From Octopus bimaculoides (lineage: Eukaryota), in assembly GCF_001194135.2 (NCBI RefSeq), contig NC_068991.1, positions 53,140,624-53,204,623 of the forward strand: a stretch of DNA of 64,000 bases. Direction: 5' to 3'. The notes beneath the pieces were generated by a model. That model was not told the origin of the DNA. It saw nothing but the letters and a program-made list of their open reading frames with translations, and searched no databases. This document shows, piece after piece, positions 49,165 to 60,600 of the stretch. Position 1 is the stretch's first letter. Every line of letters begins with the position of its first letter. The translations under genes were made by a program, and so were the position numbers.

Positions 49165-51417
49165 TTAATAGTCTCTCTTTTGCCTTCGACCAAATTCTTC
49201 ATATGGAGCGTAGTAACTTACTTTGGTGGGACCAATCTTGCTACGGCCCTGCCTTCGCATGTTACGGCGCTCTCGGTCAAATTCCAAATCTTCCAACCGC
49301 TGTGTTAGTACTAATTTTTGCTGTATAGCCATACGAAGTAAGGAATTTAAAGTCTTTTTCTCCTCCTCTGCAGCAACAAGCTGCCTTTGCATTTCATCAA
49401 GCTGAGTCACATACTCATCACAGCGCTGCGCAAACATGGCACGTAAGGAAGCAAATGTTGCAGCATCTTCTTTAAGTGCCTTCAGTTCATTTCTTAACTT
49501 CATCATAGTGTCTGTTACTATTACTTTTTCATTCTCATACTTCTGTTTCAAATTAGCTAAGGCAATCTCAGCAGTGGATTTATTTGCTTTTAATACACTA
49601 CGTAAAGTAGCAATTTGTTCACGTTTGGTAGATAACATAGCTTTCAGTTTCACTATCTGTTCTTGTAGTTCTTTAACATCAGTGTTTTCATTATCTCCAC
49701 CCTCTCGCTGCCTAGTCACTAGCAGATGGTCAACAGCACGCCTCAAATACTTTATTTGGTCCAAAACAGTTTCAACTAACTTTCCACAAGAAGTAGGATC
49801 TCCTGCTCCCTTCAAATCCTGGCTGACAAGGTCTTTTGTTTTCTTTTGAGCTTGTGAACCAGTTTCAGCATTTTCTACATTGTTTACTTCATTAGTCTTT
49901 TGAGAGGCTTCAGCTTTCTCCTCACTTCCTTCTCGTACATTATCTGGTCGAGACATCTGTGCTGCACTTTTGGCATGATCAAGCATAACTCTGCTTGGTA
50001 GCTCACCATTGACTTCACAAACCAAGTGATAAAGCTGAGCCATCTCCTCTGTAATATGAACCAATTGATCTTGGGTGACACTCAGTTTACCTTGGGCACT
50101 GTCTGCCGAGTCAGTCATTCCAGACAGCTCCTTCTGTAAACTTTTTATCGTTTCTTCATATTCCATGACAGTTTCATTAAGGCTAGATAATTTCTCCTTC
50201 ACCTCAGGATCAATTGATTTGTTACTGTCAGCATTTTGTACTCTTTCTTGAAGACAAGAAATTTCTGCTTGCAAATTACTAATTCGTTTCAAGGCTGCAG
50301 TATAATTCTTTTCATTAATTCTGTAGTTATGTTTTAAGAGCAGAAGTTCTTTCTTTTCTTGGTCAGTTTCATTCTGAATCTCAGCAATATCTTCTTCAGT
50401 AAGTTCTCCCTCAGATAAAGTAATATCGGCTTCACTAATATTTGCTATTGCACTCATATGTGACTTCAGTTGAGCAGCCCGTTCTTTCTGCTCAACAAGA
50501 TCTTTCTGAGTATCTTGCATTATCTTTTGAGCTTCATCCAAACCTTTCTGAAGTTCCATTTTCTCACTCTCACTCTGGTCAAGTAGCTGTTGTAATTTCT
50601 GTACTTCAGTCATATGGATTTCACTAAGTAAATCATTAACACTGGCCGGGGCAGGCTTAGGAATAATACTTTCTTTTTGAGGTTGTACAAAGTCTGCTTC
50701 TAATCGCTTAAGTGCAGGGTGATCTTGAGATTCACTTTCATCATCATTAGTTTCTCGATGACTACTGTTAAGATTAAGATCATGGTTATTGCTAAATTTA
50801 AGTCCATCACTCAAGCCACCAATATGAGCCAAATTACTTAAATTGAACATAGACTCACGTGTTAAATGGTGATCAAGCTCCTTCTTTAACATGTGTTTTT
50901 GCTCTCTTTCTTGCTGGAGAGAATTCAGAGCCTCTTCAAGATTTCTTTCTATAATTTTTTTAAGATTTTTCGTTTCCTCCAACTCTGTATTTAAGTCATC
51001 TGTTTCCTCTTGAAGAGCTCTTTTTTCATGTTTTAAAGCTTCATAGTCCACCTGACTTTGTCGCAACTGAGACAACTGTTTCTGAAGGTTTATATTTTCA
51101 TCCTCCAGTTCAGCATAATCAGCAAGGTTACGATTTTCTCGAACCTTATATTCTTTTATTTCATTTCTCAGTTGTTTACGTTGAAGTTCTAAAGCTTCCA
51201 TTTGTTGTTGACTCTCATTAACCAATGCATTGAGCCGCTCATTTTCACATGTGATGCGATCATAAGCAGCTTTGATAGATTTAAGCTCAGTTTCAAGCTC
51301 ACCAATGGTACCCCGGTACTGGTCTTCCAAAGAAAGGGTCTCTTGAAGAAATCGTTCTTCATGTCGTATACCCACTTCATGTTGCTTTCTGTAAGTGGAT
51401 TGATGTTTACTCAGAGC
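49165..51417 (-). CDS. BICD: Bicaudal-D homolog, coding exon 2 (rest of CC1, CC2, CC3 cargo-binding domain, to in-frame stop)
   Basis: Acceptor ttttttctctttAG|GCTCTG at 51417, in frame with the 736 aa ORF. Hallmark BICD motifs: DYAELEDENINLQKQLSQLRQSQVDYEALKHE; QIATLRSVLKANKSTAEIALANLKQKYENEK; ELKALKEDAATFASLRAMFAQRCDEYVTQLDEMQRQLVAAEEEKKTLNSLLRMAIQQKL. Joined to exon 1 this gives about 836 aa. Intron 1 is 51418-59979. Confidence 0.96.
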   Translation of the reverse strand, partial: ALSKHQSTYRKQHEVGIRHEERFLQETLSLEDQYRGTIGELETELKSIKAAYDRITCENERLNALVNESQQQMEALELQRKQLRNEIKEYKVRENRNLADYAELEDENINLQKQLSQLRQSQVDYEALKHEKRALQEETDDLNTELEETKNLKKIIERNLEEALNSLQQEREQKHMLKKELDHHLTRESMFNLSNLAHIGGLSDGLKFSNNHDLNLNSSHRETNDDESESQDHPALKRLEADFVQPQKESIIPKPAPASVNDLLSEIHMTEVQKLQQLLDQSESEKMELQKGLDEAQKIMQDTQKDLVEQKERAAQLKSHMSAIANISEADITLSEGELTEEDIAEIQNETDQEKKELLLLKHNYRINEKNYTAALKRISNLQAEISCLQERVQNADSNKSIDPEVKEKLSSLNETVMEYEETIKSLQKELSGMTDSADSAQGKLSVTQDQLVHITEEMAQLYHLVCEVNGELPSRVMLDHAKSAAQMSRPDNVREGSEEKAEASQKTNEVNNVENAETGSQAQKKTKDLVSQDLKGAGDPTSCGKLVETVLDQIKYLRRAVDHLLVTRQREGGDNENTDVKELQEQIVKLKAMLSTKREQIATLRSVLKANKSTAEIALANLKQKYENEKVIVTDTMMKLRNELKALKEDAATFASLRAMFAQRCDEYVTQLDEMQRQLVAAEEEKKTLNSLLRMAIQQKLVLTQRLEDLEFDRERRNMRRQGRSKIGPTKVSYYAPYEEFGRRQKRDY

Positions 51418-54334
51418 CTAAAGAGAAAAAAAAAAGTTAAATGAAAGTCATTTTGTATATAAAAATGGGAATTAACAGTTCAAAGTTTAAAATTAACAAA
51501 TGCTCCTGAAACCCAGTCAAAGGTGACAATTTTAATATCTGATTTGTGTTGGGCCCAATGCCCTCACATATCTAACAATAACCCTTCCATTTACTTAATT
51601 TTCCCCTATCTCCACCACCAGTCCAATCCTCTACCACTGTTCTTTGAGGCTATATCCTAATACATATACACCATGACTTCTCTCATCTATCTTTCTACAT
51701 CTCCCTTATTCAACTGTTTCTCTACAGCAAGAAACGCATCTTTATCTCATTGTTTTGACCTCATCAACTGGCAAAGCCACCTCCCTCAATACTACTCCTC
51801 ATATTTGAGGGGACCATTACTTAGTGACACTGTTGGTGCCACAAAAAAATTCACCCAGTACACATTGTAAAGTGGTTGTGTTAGGAAGGGCATCCAGCCA
51901 TAGAAACCATGCCAAAGCAGACAATAGAACTTGGCACAGCCCTCTGGCTTGTGCCAGCTCGACAAACCATCCAACCCACGCCAGCATGGAGAATTGATGT
52001 TAAATGATGACTACATCAGCAACTAAGTACGTTCAATTGATATTTATGTGCTAACATTTTCTTTTGATGCTTTACTATACTTTTGCATTTTACAAGCAAA
52101 GCAATTTATTCAATTTATTTAAGCTCTTACGTATAACGGGTTTATAGATTGTGCCTTCATTGAGTCACAGTGGGTATGTGGTTGCTTATGAAATCTCAAT
52201 GGAGGACTGAAGTTCAGCTGATACTTATTCTTCCATGAAAGCAAAACAAGGTCTATACATAGTGTTGGCTAAAACCAGTAGATATAGTCCATGAAACAAT
52301 ATAAAATTCATGAAGTGTCAAAGACTAGTTAACTGAAAATGGGACAGATTAAAATAGTGATGACTATTTGACTATTTAGATGTTTAACTTGAGTGCTAGT
52401 GGTTTTTGTTATCCATAGACAAAAAGATTAAATATATTGGTTTTATGCTTTGGCACAAAGCCAGTAGTTTCAGGGGTGGGGTAAGTTGATTATATCGACC
52501 CCAGTGTTCAAATTATTTATCGACCCTGAAAGGATGAAAGGCAAAGTCAATCTTGACGGAATTTGAATGCAGAATGTAAAGATAGATGAAATACCACTAA
52601 GCATTTTGCTCAGCGTGCTAATGGTTCTGCCAGCTCATTGCCTTAAGAAAATGAAACATTGAAAACTATTTACATTAGAAAGAAACTGCATGCAACATTG
52701 CAATCTTGACATTGCTTTTTCTACTTTAAATGTTTCCAAATTGCAATCATCTTTGAGTGTCCATATTCCATGCTTGGTATGGGTTGGAAGGTTTGACAAG
52801 ATTCATTCAAAAGACTGTCAAGCTTCAATGCTGGTTTTCATAGTTTCTGTAACTAGCTGGATGCCCCTCCTAACACCAAACACTTTACAGCGTACGGAGT
52901 ACTGTACTAAGTACTTTTTCATGTCACTGTCACCAGTGAGGTAACCAAGTAGTTTGCAAGACAAGACCCCTTAGTAGCACTGAATGTATTTTACATGCTG
53001 ATTAAAACAGATTTTGGCTATGCAGCTGGGTAAAGCTTTTGAATGTAAAGAACTATGTGCAGCAACTATGGTTTGGATAAATACAATATGACAATAATAA
53101 TGGTGCCTGATGTAAACACTCACTTGATGATCAATATGATACCAACTGATAATACTTTGCTACAGCAATATGAAGAAACTTCGGACATAAATGGTAAAAA
53201 CATAGAACATCTGTTTTTATATCAATATCAGGAATTATGACTACACAAAAAATTTTGGTAATGGCAAAACTTGAACTGGAAATATATTTTATCAGCATAA
53301 GATCTGTGATAATGTCATTAGCTACTCATCAAAAGGTATTGCTTCTTGTTGAAAGCATTAAACTGTTATCACAACATAAAAATCTGGATTCAAAGGTATT
53401 CTCATAAGTTACACAAGACAGCTAATTTTTATGAATTTGAAACAATTAAATAGAGTTAAGGAGACTAATGTCGTTTAGAGAAGGTTCTTGTCAGGAGTAA
53501 ACAGCTCTCTCCTTTGAGCCATAGACCGTGAAGGAAGTGCAAATAAAAAAATTTGTTCAGATTCTGACTTAACACAAAATACTGAATATATTTCACTCTT
53601 TCAGATATGTATAATTTAACTAAATTAGATTTAAGGCTGTCATATCATCAAATAGAAATGTGTTGAAGTTACAATAAACACATCAATGGTTTTGTTAAGG
53701 TGGTTATGTCTTCCACACTGGATTTCAGAGAGCAACTGTACATGTTGGAAATGACATTGATAAATGGTATTATCAAGATATATGTATTGGCACTATAATT
53801 GTTGAAAGTAAATAAAAATCATTAAAAAATTTGGAATTATCAAGAATGGGAATCAAACCAAGTGTGCTAGAGACTAATGAATTGTCTTGGGGTGGGTTAG
53901 GGTAGACAAAGAGTATATCATCAGTTCATTTAGTAGCCGAGACTGTTTTCCTGGCCTTGGCAATCACAATTGGGAAATATATTGATCAGTAAATTACGTG
54001 TTGCCACATGTCTCACATGCATCTCAGTTGCACAGGGAGTCAAAAAAAAAAAAGAGGGGGGGGGGAATAAATCGGATTAGTTTAAAAGTCACCAGTTAAA
54101 ATTTATGAGGTTATAAAATACTAGTCAAGAATAGCTTCACAAAAAAAAAAAAACCCCATCTTGTACTATATTTTCTAAGAGAATTAACCTTAAATGAAAC
54201 AAGATACTTGAAAAATATACTTTCTGCTTGGTTGGAAACTGAAACTGGTCTCAGATCTTAGACCATTAGGATTTTTAAGACAAAAATTATGTTTTACTGA
54301 AAGTAACATCTGTATATATTTTAAGATGAGCCTT

Positions 54335-54628
54335 AAGACATTCGAGCGAGTTTGTTGCCAGTACCGCTGGACTGGCTCCTGTGCAGGTGGCACGTAAAAT
54401 ACACCATTTCGAGCATGGCCGTTGCCAGTACCTTCCAACTGGCCTTTGTGCCGGTGGCACGTAAAAGCACCCACTACACTCTCGGAGTGGTTGGCGTTAG
54501 GAAGGGCATCCAGCTGTAGAAACTCTGCCAAGTCAGATTGGAGCCTGGTGTAGCCATCTGGTTCACCAGTCCTGAGTCAAATCGTCCAACCCATGCTAGC
54601 ATGGAAAGCGGACAAACGATGATGATGA
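54335..54628 (+). mobile_element. RTE-tailed SINE family D
   Basis: Opposite orientation to 19110, two internal units, (GAT)n tail. Shorter relatives at about 10450, 14630, 30680, 37580, 40530, 45250, 51850, 52755 and 54990. Confidence 0.78.
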
Positions 54629-57600
54629 TAAAGTGATCTCAAATATCATGTTGGTGCATTCTCACAATTGGAATTTATGAATGTTGTTTTGGATAACACA
54701 GTCATGTAGACAATGTAATAAAATGTGAAGATCAGTAAACTTACAAGTGACAACAGTTTACTTGGTACATCAAGAGGGATTTTTAATAATTAGAAAATTC
54801 ATTCAAGTCATTAAAAAAATAAGTCAATCAAATATTATATTTGGGTGTCATAGAGAACTGGTTGGAATGAGAAGTTACAGAATGTAAACAATATACAAGA
54901 TACCTGACATGTTAGAATAAAACCAAAACTTGTACAGTGTACACATGACCTAAACAAAGAATGGCTACCTGTACATGGATAATGATTGTTCTCATTGTTT
55001 AACATCCTCCTTCCATGCTGGCATGGGTTTTAACAGTTTGATAGGAGCTGGCTGAGCAGGAGCCTGTACCATGCTTCTGTGTATTGACATGGTTTTAACA
55101 GCTGGATGCCCTTCATAACACCAATAACAGATTTAGCACTATACTTTATACCTGCTGTTGTATATTCTGGGTGTCCAGTAGAAATAAGAGTTAAGAATAA
55201 ATAAGACTTGTATCAAGAACTGTGTTTGCTAAAAATGATGTTCCAGAAACATGACAATGTGTGAATGTTTTGAAAATGACTTGTTCATATAGCTTGATAA
55301 GATGAAATGCAAGCCAATAAAAACACCATATTATTCAGAATCAAAGGGAACTGCTGAAAAAACAAAATCATCACAAGTGTAAAGATTGGGTTTAAAAGAA
55401 GGCATATTCATGCAACCCTTAAATGGCAGGAAAGGGCTGCATGAATGTGTGTGCTGAATGGGTAAAAGATAGAAAAACTGTTTTTTATTAAGAGTCATTT
55501 TTATATCATCACTAAATACAAAAACTATCATTGTTAGTTTCTTGCATAATAAAATTTACAATTTCATTGAAAAGTGCCATAAAATATTCACTTTCCTTTG
55601 ATGATGCCCACTGTTTAAAAGGTTAGTGCATATTTGAATAACCTGCTTTGGAGTGATCAGACAGAAAACGTCTTGAATGGCCAGACATTTAGAAGACGTC
55701 TTCATAGTCCACCTTTGATGTGCAGACAAATACAAACATCAATAAAATGTGCAATGAATGAGGTTCCAGTTTGGTATGTTGAAAAAAAAAAAAAAAAAAG
55801 GACAGCAACAACTGAAATTTATATCTTAAGCAGGAAATAATACAATGGCAATTCTTCAGGGTTAACGGAATATACTGACCCATTGCAGATGAATGATAGA
55901 AACTGATAGAAACAAAATAGAGAATCAAATCCATGAAGCTTTGAATTATATTCCAAAATATAACACTGCAAATAGTGTTTGATGCAGTGACCAAATAATG
56001 AAAAGAATTAAACCAATTCTATAATTCAAACAGATTTTGTTATATGCTTCACCTGCATTAAGGTAGATACCAGAGTTTGGTTATTCAATGAAATAAAGCT
56101 TTTAAACAAAGAATCACATACAAGAACAGTTTTATTCAGATAAATACAGTTTGACAACACAACCATTTGCCAAAATAAATGGAGAAAGCATTTAAGATTT
56201 ATAATTTCAAGTCCTAAGATATTCAGGTCAAAGTGATAAAATTAAAAAAAAAACCTAACTCTTAAGGGAACCTTTAACTAGGAGCTAAAAATTTCAGCTG
56301 ATGACAATGACACACTGGATAAAGTTGCTTAGACATTAAAAATGAAACTAAATGGTTTTCTTACGCAAAAATTTAATAATTTAGGGACCAGATAAAATGA
56401 ATGCTTTTTTTTTTTTCATGGACATACTTAAAGCTGTATTTCAGAGAAAGTTATGTCTGAAAATGCTGGTCAAGGCAATTTAAAGGTGTTAAAGGTTGAT
56501 TCTGTTTGCAAGGAGTATTAACTTTCTAAAACGTTTTAAATGGTTCTTCAAGAAAATTTGAACCCATGTCATTTTTGATAATACCTAAATATTCTGAAAC
56601 TTTACAGTACTTTTAGTTAATTTCTTTTTAAATGCTTTATTTCATAATCTTAAAATTGAAGTAAATTTATCACTAATTAGCTGAAAATTACGCCAGGTTT
56701 GAAAATAACGACTTTTCCCCCCTATTAATAGTTACAAAATTTAAAAAATAAAGTTAAAAATTCTGGACACTAATGACATAAGAAAAAAAAGCGACTTATT
56801 CAGGTCTAACTAGTTTCACCGGTAATGTAGAGAATGGGTCACAAAGCAAACAATGAATAATTACATGCTAAAAAAGAATGCAAATAAAATGTATAAACAT
56901 AAATGGTCCATATTTAAAACAGCTGTCATATCTTTCCAGAAATCCAAATTTTATTTTTAATTAAAATATGTCAATAAGATAAACATAACACCACTGTTGT
57001 TTTTTTAATTGCTATTAATATCAAACTAAATTTACTTTCAAGGTCTCATTTTAGTTGGGAGTTGTTATAGTAAAAATTAGGTATGAAATGTGAGGATTTG
57101 ATTAAAACAGTGCTCGGACACTTCAACGGGTGCAGAGACCGATAGCTGTGTATTGGCAAAATAAATATGTCGGGATAATTCTATCAACTACACTGTACCT
57201 CTACAAATGTGCGGATTTGTACCAATATGAAAAACTGTTTTTACAGTGTGAGAATAATACAATTTTGAAGTTGCAAATGCCTTTCGGAAAGCGAGGCACA
57301 TCCTATTTACACACCTATGTAATAAACACAGAACGTTTGAATGGCTGACAATAGAACTATACGTTATTTCAATTTTGTCTAAATCAGTGATTAAAATGGA
57401 GATACCTATCAGATATGGTTGAGACCTCGGGAAAAAAGGATCACCTCTTTTAGTTAATTCCAGATTAAATATATTTTAGGCACTTAATATTAATTTTTTT
57501 TTCAACTGTGCAATTTTCTATTTCAGATGACATTTTAAAAAGAAGGCCTTTTTATACTCCTAGAAAAGCCACTTACCCAAATTATACTTTTTCGATTTCT

Positions 57601-58917
57601 AAAAGATCTCAATAGTGTGTCATCAATGTGGGCTTTCAGTTTGAAGAAGAATGGTACATACCTTAAAGGTGCACCCACGCCTTATATAGATTGTCATTAA
57701 TAGAAAATGGTAGCAAGAGAATATTTTAATAACCATTAGTTTACAGAATATTCAGAGCTAAGGGATTTGGGTATTTGAACCATCAAATATTAAATCAGTT
57801 CTACTTCTCAGTAGTTCAAAGCATTAGTAAGAATCTCGGTTAAGAGAGTAGTATGAGAATTCTTCGTGAGGAGGGAGGGGACAGAGGGAAAACACTAAAC
57901 CTATTTCTATCAGTGGCTGTCATTTTAAATGGACATGAAAACAGTTATTTAAAGAAAAATAAAAAATAACATTTGTCATGTTTTTACATTCAAAGACCTT
58001 TAAATTATAATCTTTAGCATTAATAAATATTTAGCAAGTGAAAATGTTCTATCCGTCAGCAGAAACTTCAAAGAATACAGTTTTGTTTGTTTGACAAGGA
58101 AAATTTCTTAAAAACAAACATCATTCTAATATCTATTTACACTGAAATAAATAGGATGCTACACACCTTACGGACATTTCATATCTGATATTCTGACATT
58201 TGATACCAACATTTAATTTTAGGGGAAAACATTCAAGATGTCCGCAAATAATATAATTACCGATGGACAGTTAAATACACACGCACAGTAAAAAATGTTA
58301 AGCTAAGTCAATTGTTCTTGCATCACCAAAAAAAGTGAGTGACATTCGACAGTAATGAAAGTCTGTTTGCATGTGTCAAGCATGCAGGTACAAATCGCAA
58401 CATTTCGTTTTTAATTATAGACTTGAGAGATGAAAATAACCTCTCTTTATAGTACTGTAAGCAAGCAGTGAATAATTCTTAGTGCAACCAGCTTTATACG
58501 AAGTTATCTAAATATATATACTATTACTCTACCGGCCCACTTTCCGTTGAGTAATATTAAAGACACCATGATTAGAGAAATACAATGATGAAGTTTAGAG
58601 AGGAATCGACATAACTTACACCAAAGTTTATATAGAATAACAAATGCAGTTAAGGAAGTGCGATCATTCGAACCGTTATTTTTTACAGTATTAAATTAGG
58701 TCTTGAAAAAAATTCTCAAATGAGAAAGAAATTAGATGAAGTAAAAATAGGGCATCTCCAAAAGAACAAAAACAGTAAAAGCTGACGAATAATATTAAGT
58801 AGCAAAAAGAAACTATGACGAAAAATTGGAACAACTGAGATATAACTAGAAGAAATAATTCTTATGAAAACAGCCACACACACACACATATATACATATG
58901 TGTATATATATATATAT

Positions 58918-59159
58918 NNNNNNNNNNNNNNNNNNNNNNNNNNNNNNNNNNNNNNNNNNNNNNNNNNNNNNNNNNNNNNNNNNNNNNNNNNNNNNNNNNN
59001 NNNNNNNNNNNNNNNNNNNNNNNNNNNNNNNNNNNNNNNNNNNNNNNNNNNNNNNNNNNNNNNNNNNNNNNNNNNNNNNNNNNNNNNNNNNNNNNNNNNN
59101 NNNNNNNNNNNNNNNNNNNNNNNNNNNNNNNNNNNNNNNNNNNNNNNNNNNNNNNNNNN
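58918..59159. other. Assembly gap (N run) next to (TA)n; other gaps at 1405-1513, 21711-21720, 37944-38043
   Basis: N characters, each flanked by TA microsatellite. Confidence 0.98.
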
Positions 59160-59979
59160 TATTTCACTACACGCCTACTATGGACACGTCAGGCCTTGAT
59201 GGTCTGGCACCGAAAATAAAGTTAGAATAGTTACTCATCAGATTAGTGTCTGCTGGTACTAATACCGTAAAAAGAAAAAAACCTGATTTAATTTTTTTTT
59301 TCCTAAATCAAAATAACGCATATAAATAAATATTAATTAAATATTCGGTATATGAATCAAGTACCCTCGTTGCTAACTCATAACTGACACCCCCAGTTCT
59401 AATACTAAAAAAAAAAACCCTAAAAAAAACAAGGCACTATATTGGATACTGTGAACTGAATTTAGGAGGAGTTCCACCCCCACATTTTAACGGGGTAGAA
59501 TTTTTTCTTTACTTATTCATATAAACGCACGTGTTAGATTATCAAATTTATATCACTTTCAAATTAACTCAAATGTTTGTTACATAGATTGACTGCTAAT
59601 TATTTAATGAGACGTGTTAAAAATATAAAAACAGAAATAAATATTTAAGCGCAGCTACATTAAACGAGTCCATCCAAAAGGGGTGAAGGATAACTATTAT
59701 TAATGGGACAAGAATATTAAAGGTTTGAGTTTATAGTAAAATATATCGTTAATCTATTGCAATGGCAGTCGTTATTTAATTAGTATCTGTTTCTTTCTTT
59801 CTATAATTCTTTTTTACAGCTGTAACAAATACGCATAGTAGTAGCTACTAAAAATAACTAATACCGAGAAGCTGTAGAAAAATTTCTATGAACAGACAAA
59901 AACAATTGAAATAATGATAAGACAATTAAGTGTTGTTAACATTGAAGACAAATTAGGAAAATTCGTAGATAATACATAC

Positions 59980-60237
59980 TGCCTTAGCACACTCCAACTC
60001 GTTTTTAGTGGCATCATAAAGAGATTCTAAATCTTCGTATTGATGCTGTAAACTCTGTTTTTCTTCTAAGACATCGAGACCGTATTGGGCTGCTTGTAAT
60101 TTCTGCTGGGTCGTTTCGGCAAGCTCGGCATGTAGCCTCTCGACTTCGCCCTTCAGCTCATCTTTGCTCAATGCGGACAAATTGAGGGGCTGTTGAGCAG
60201 GACAGCAACTAGTATCACTAGCTTCAGTCTCAGACAT
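59980..60237 (-). CDS. BICD: Bicaudal-D homolog, coding exon 1 (N-terminal CC1 coiled coil with CC1 box)
   Basis: ATG at 60237. Translation MSETEAS...EVERLHAELAETTQQKLQAAQYGLDVLEEKQSLQHQYEDLE...ELECAKA matches the BICD N-terminus (AAxYG CC1 box). Ends at phase-0 donor GCA|GTATGT (59979), the same position as the vertebrate ELEQLKE|AF junction as I recall it. Confidence 0.93.
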
Positions 60238-60600
60238 TCTCTAAGAAAAAGGGCCCCCGCCGCAAATGAAACAACTTTAACAAAAAAGTTGATGCGAAAT
60301 GAGCTTTTTAATCCCCAAAGGTTAAAGCTCAAATACCCGAGCAGATTTAACCATCCATCACCATGCTATGTGCCATATTTAATTTATGCAGAATTCACCG
60401 GAGATGATCACGTGACAGAGATTCGGAAGCCGTGTAGGAGGAGGAAAGAAGAGAGGCAAGTGGGTGATAGTGAGAGGAATAACGCAATTAAGAGGAAACT
60501 TTGACAAAGTCTTCTGTCTTGTCTGAAGAACAACAAGAAACGAAGTTATTTTATTTTATAGAAGAGATTCCGGCCAAATCTTTTAGCATTTACCCACTTA
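60238..60600 (-). promoter_or_regulatory. Probable BICD 5' UTR / proximal promoter
   Basis: Locally GC/CpG-richer than the flanks and immediately upstream of the ATG. Contains palindromic E-box TCACGTGA (60408-60415) and a CGGAAG ETS-like core near 60424. The TSS cannot be located from sequence. Confidence 0.4.

Noticed and set aside
49436-49849. Antisense ORFs over BICD (also 49223, 50442, 51202, 60193)
   Set aside because: Shadow frames of a coiled-coil coding sequence; no independent signal.
57130-57348. 72 aa ORF in a CpG-richer patch of BICD intron 1
   Set aside because: Non-ATG start, no motif and no splice support; it may be regulatory but nothing testable is seen.
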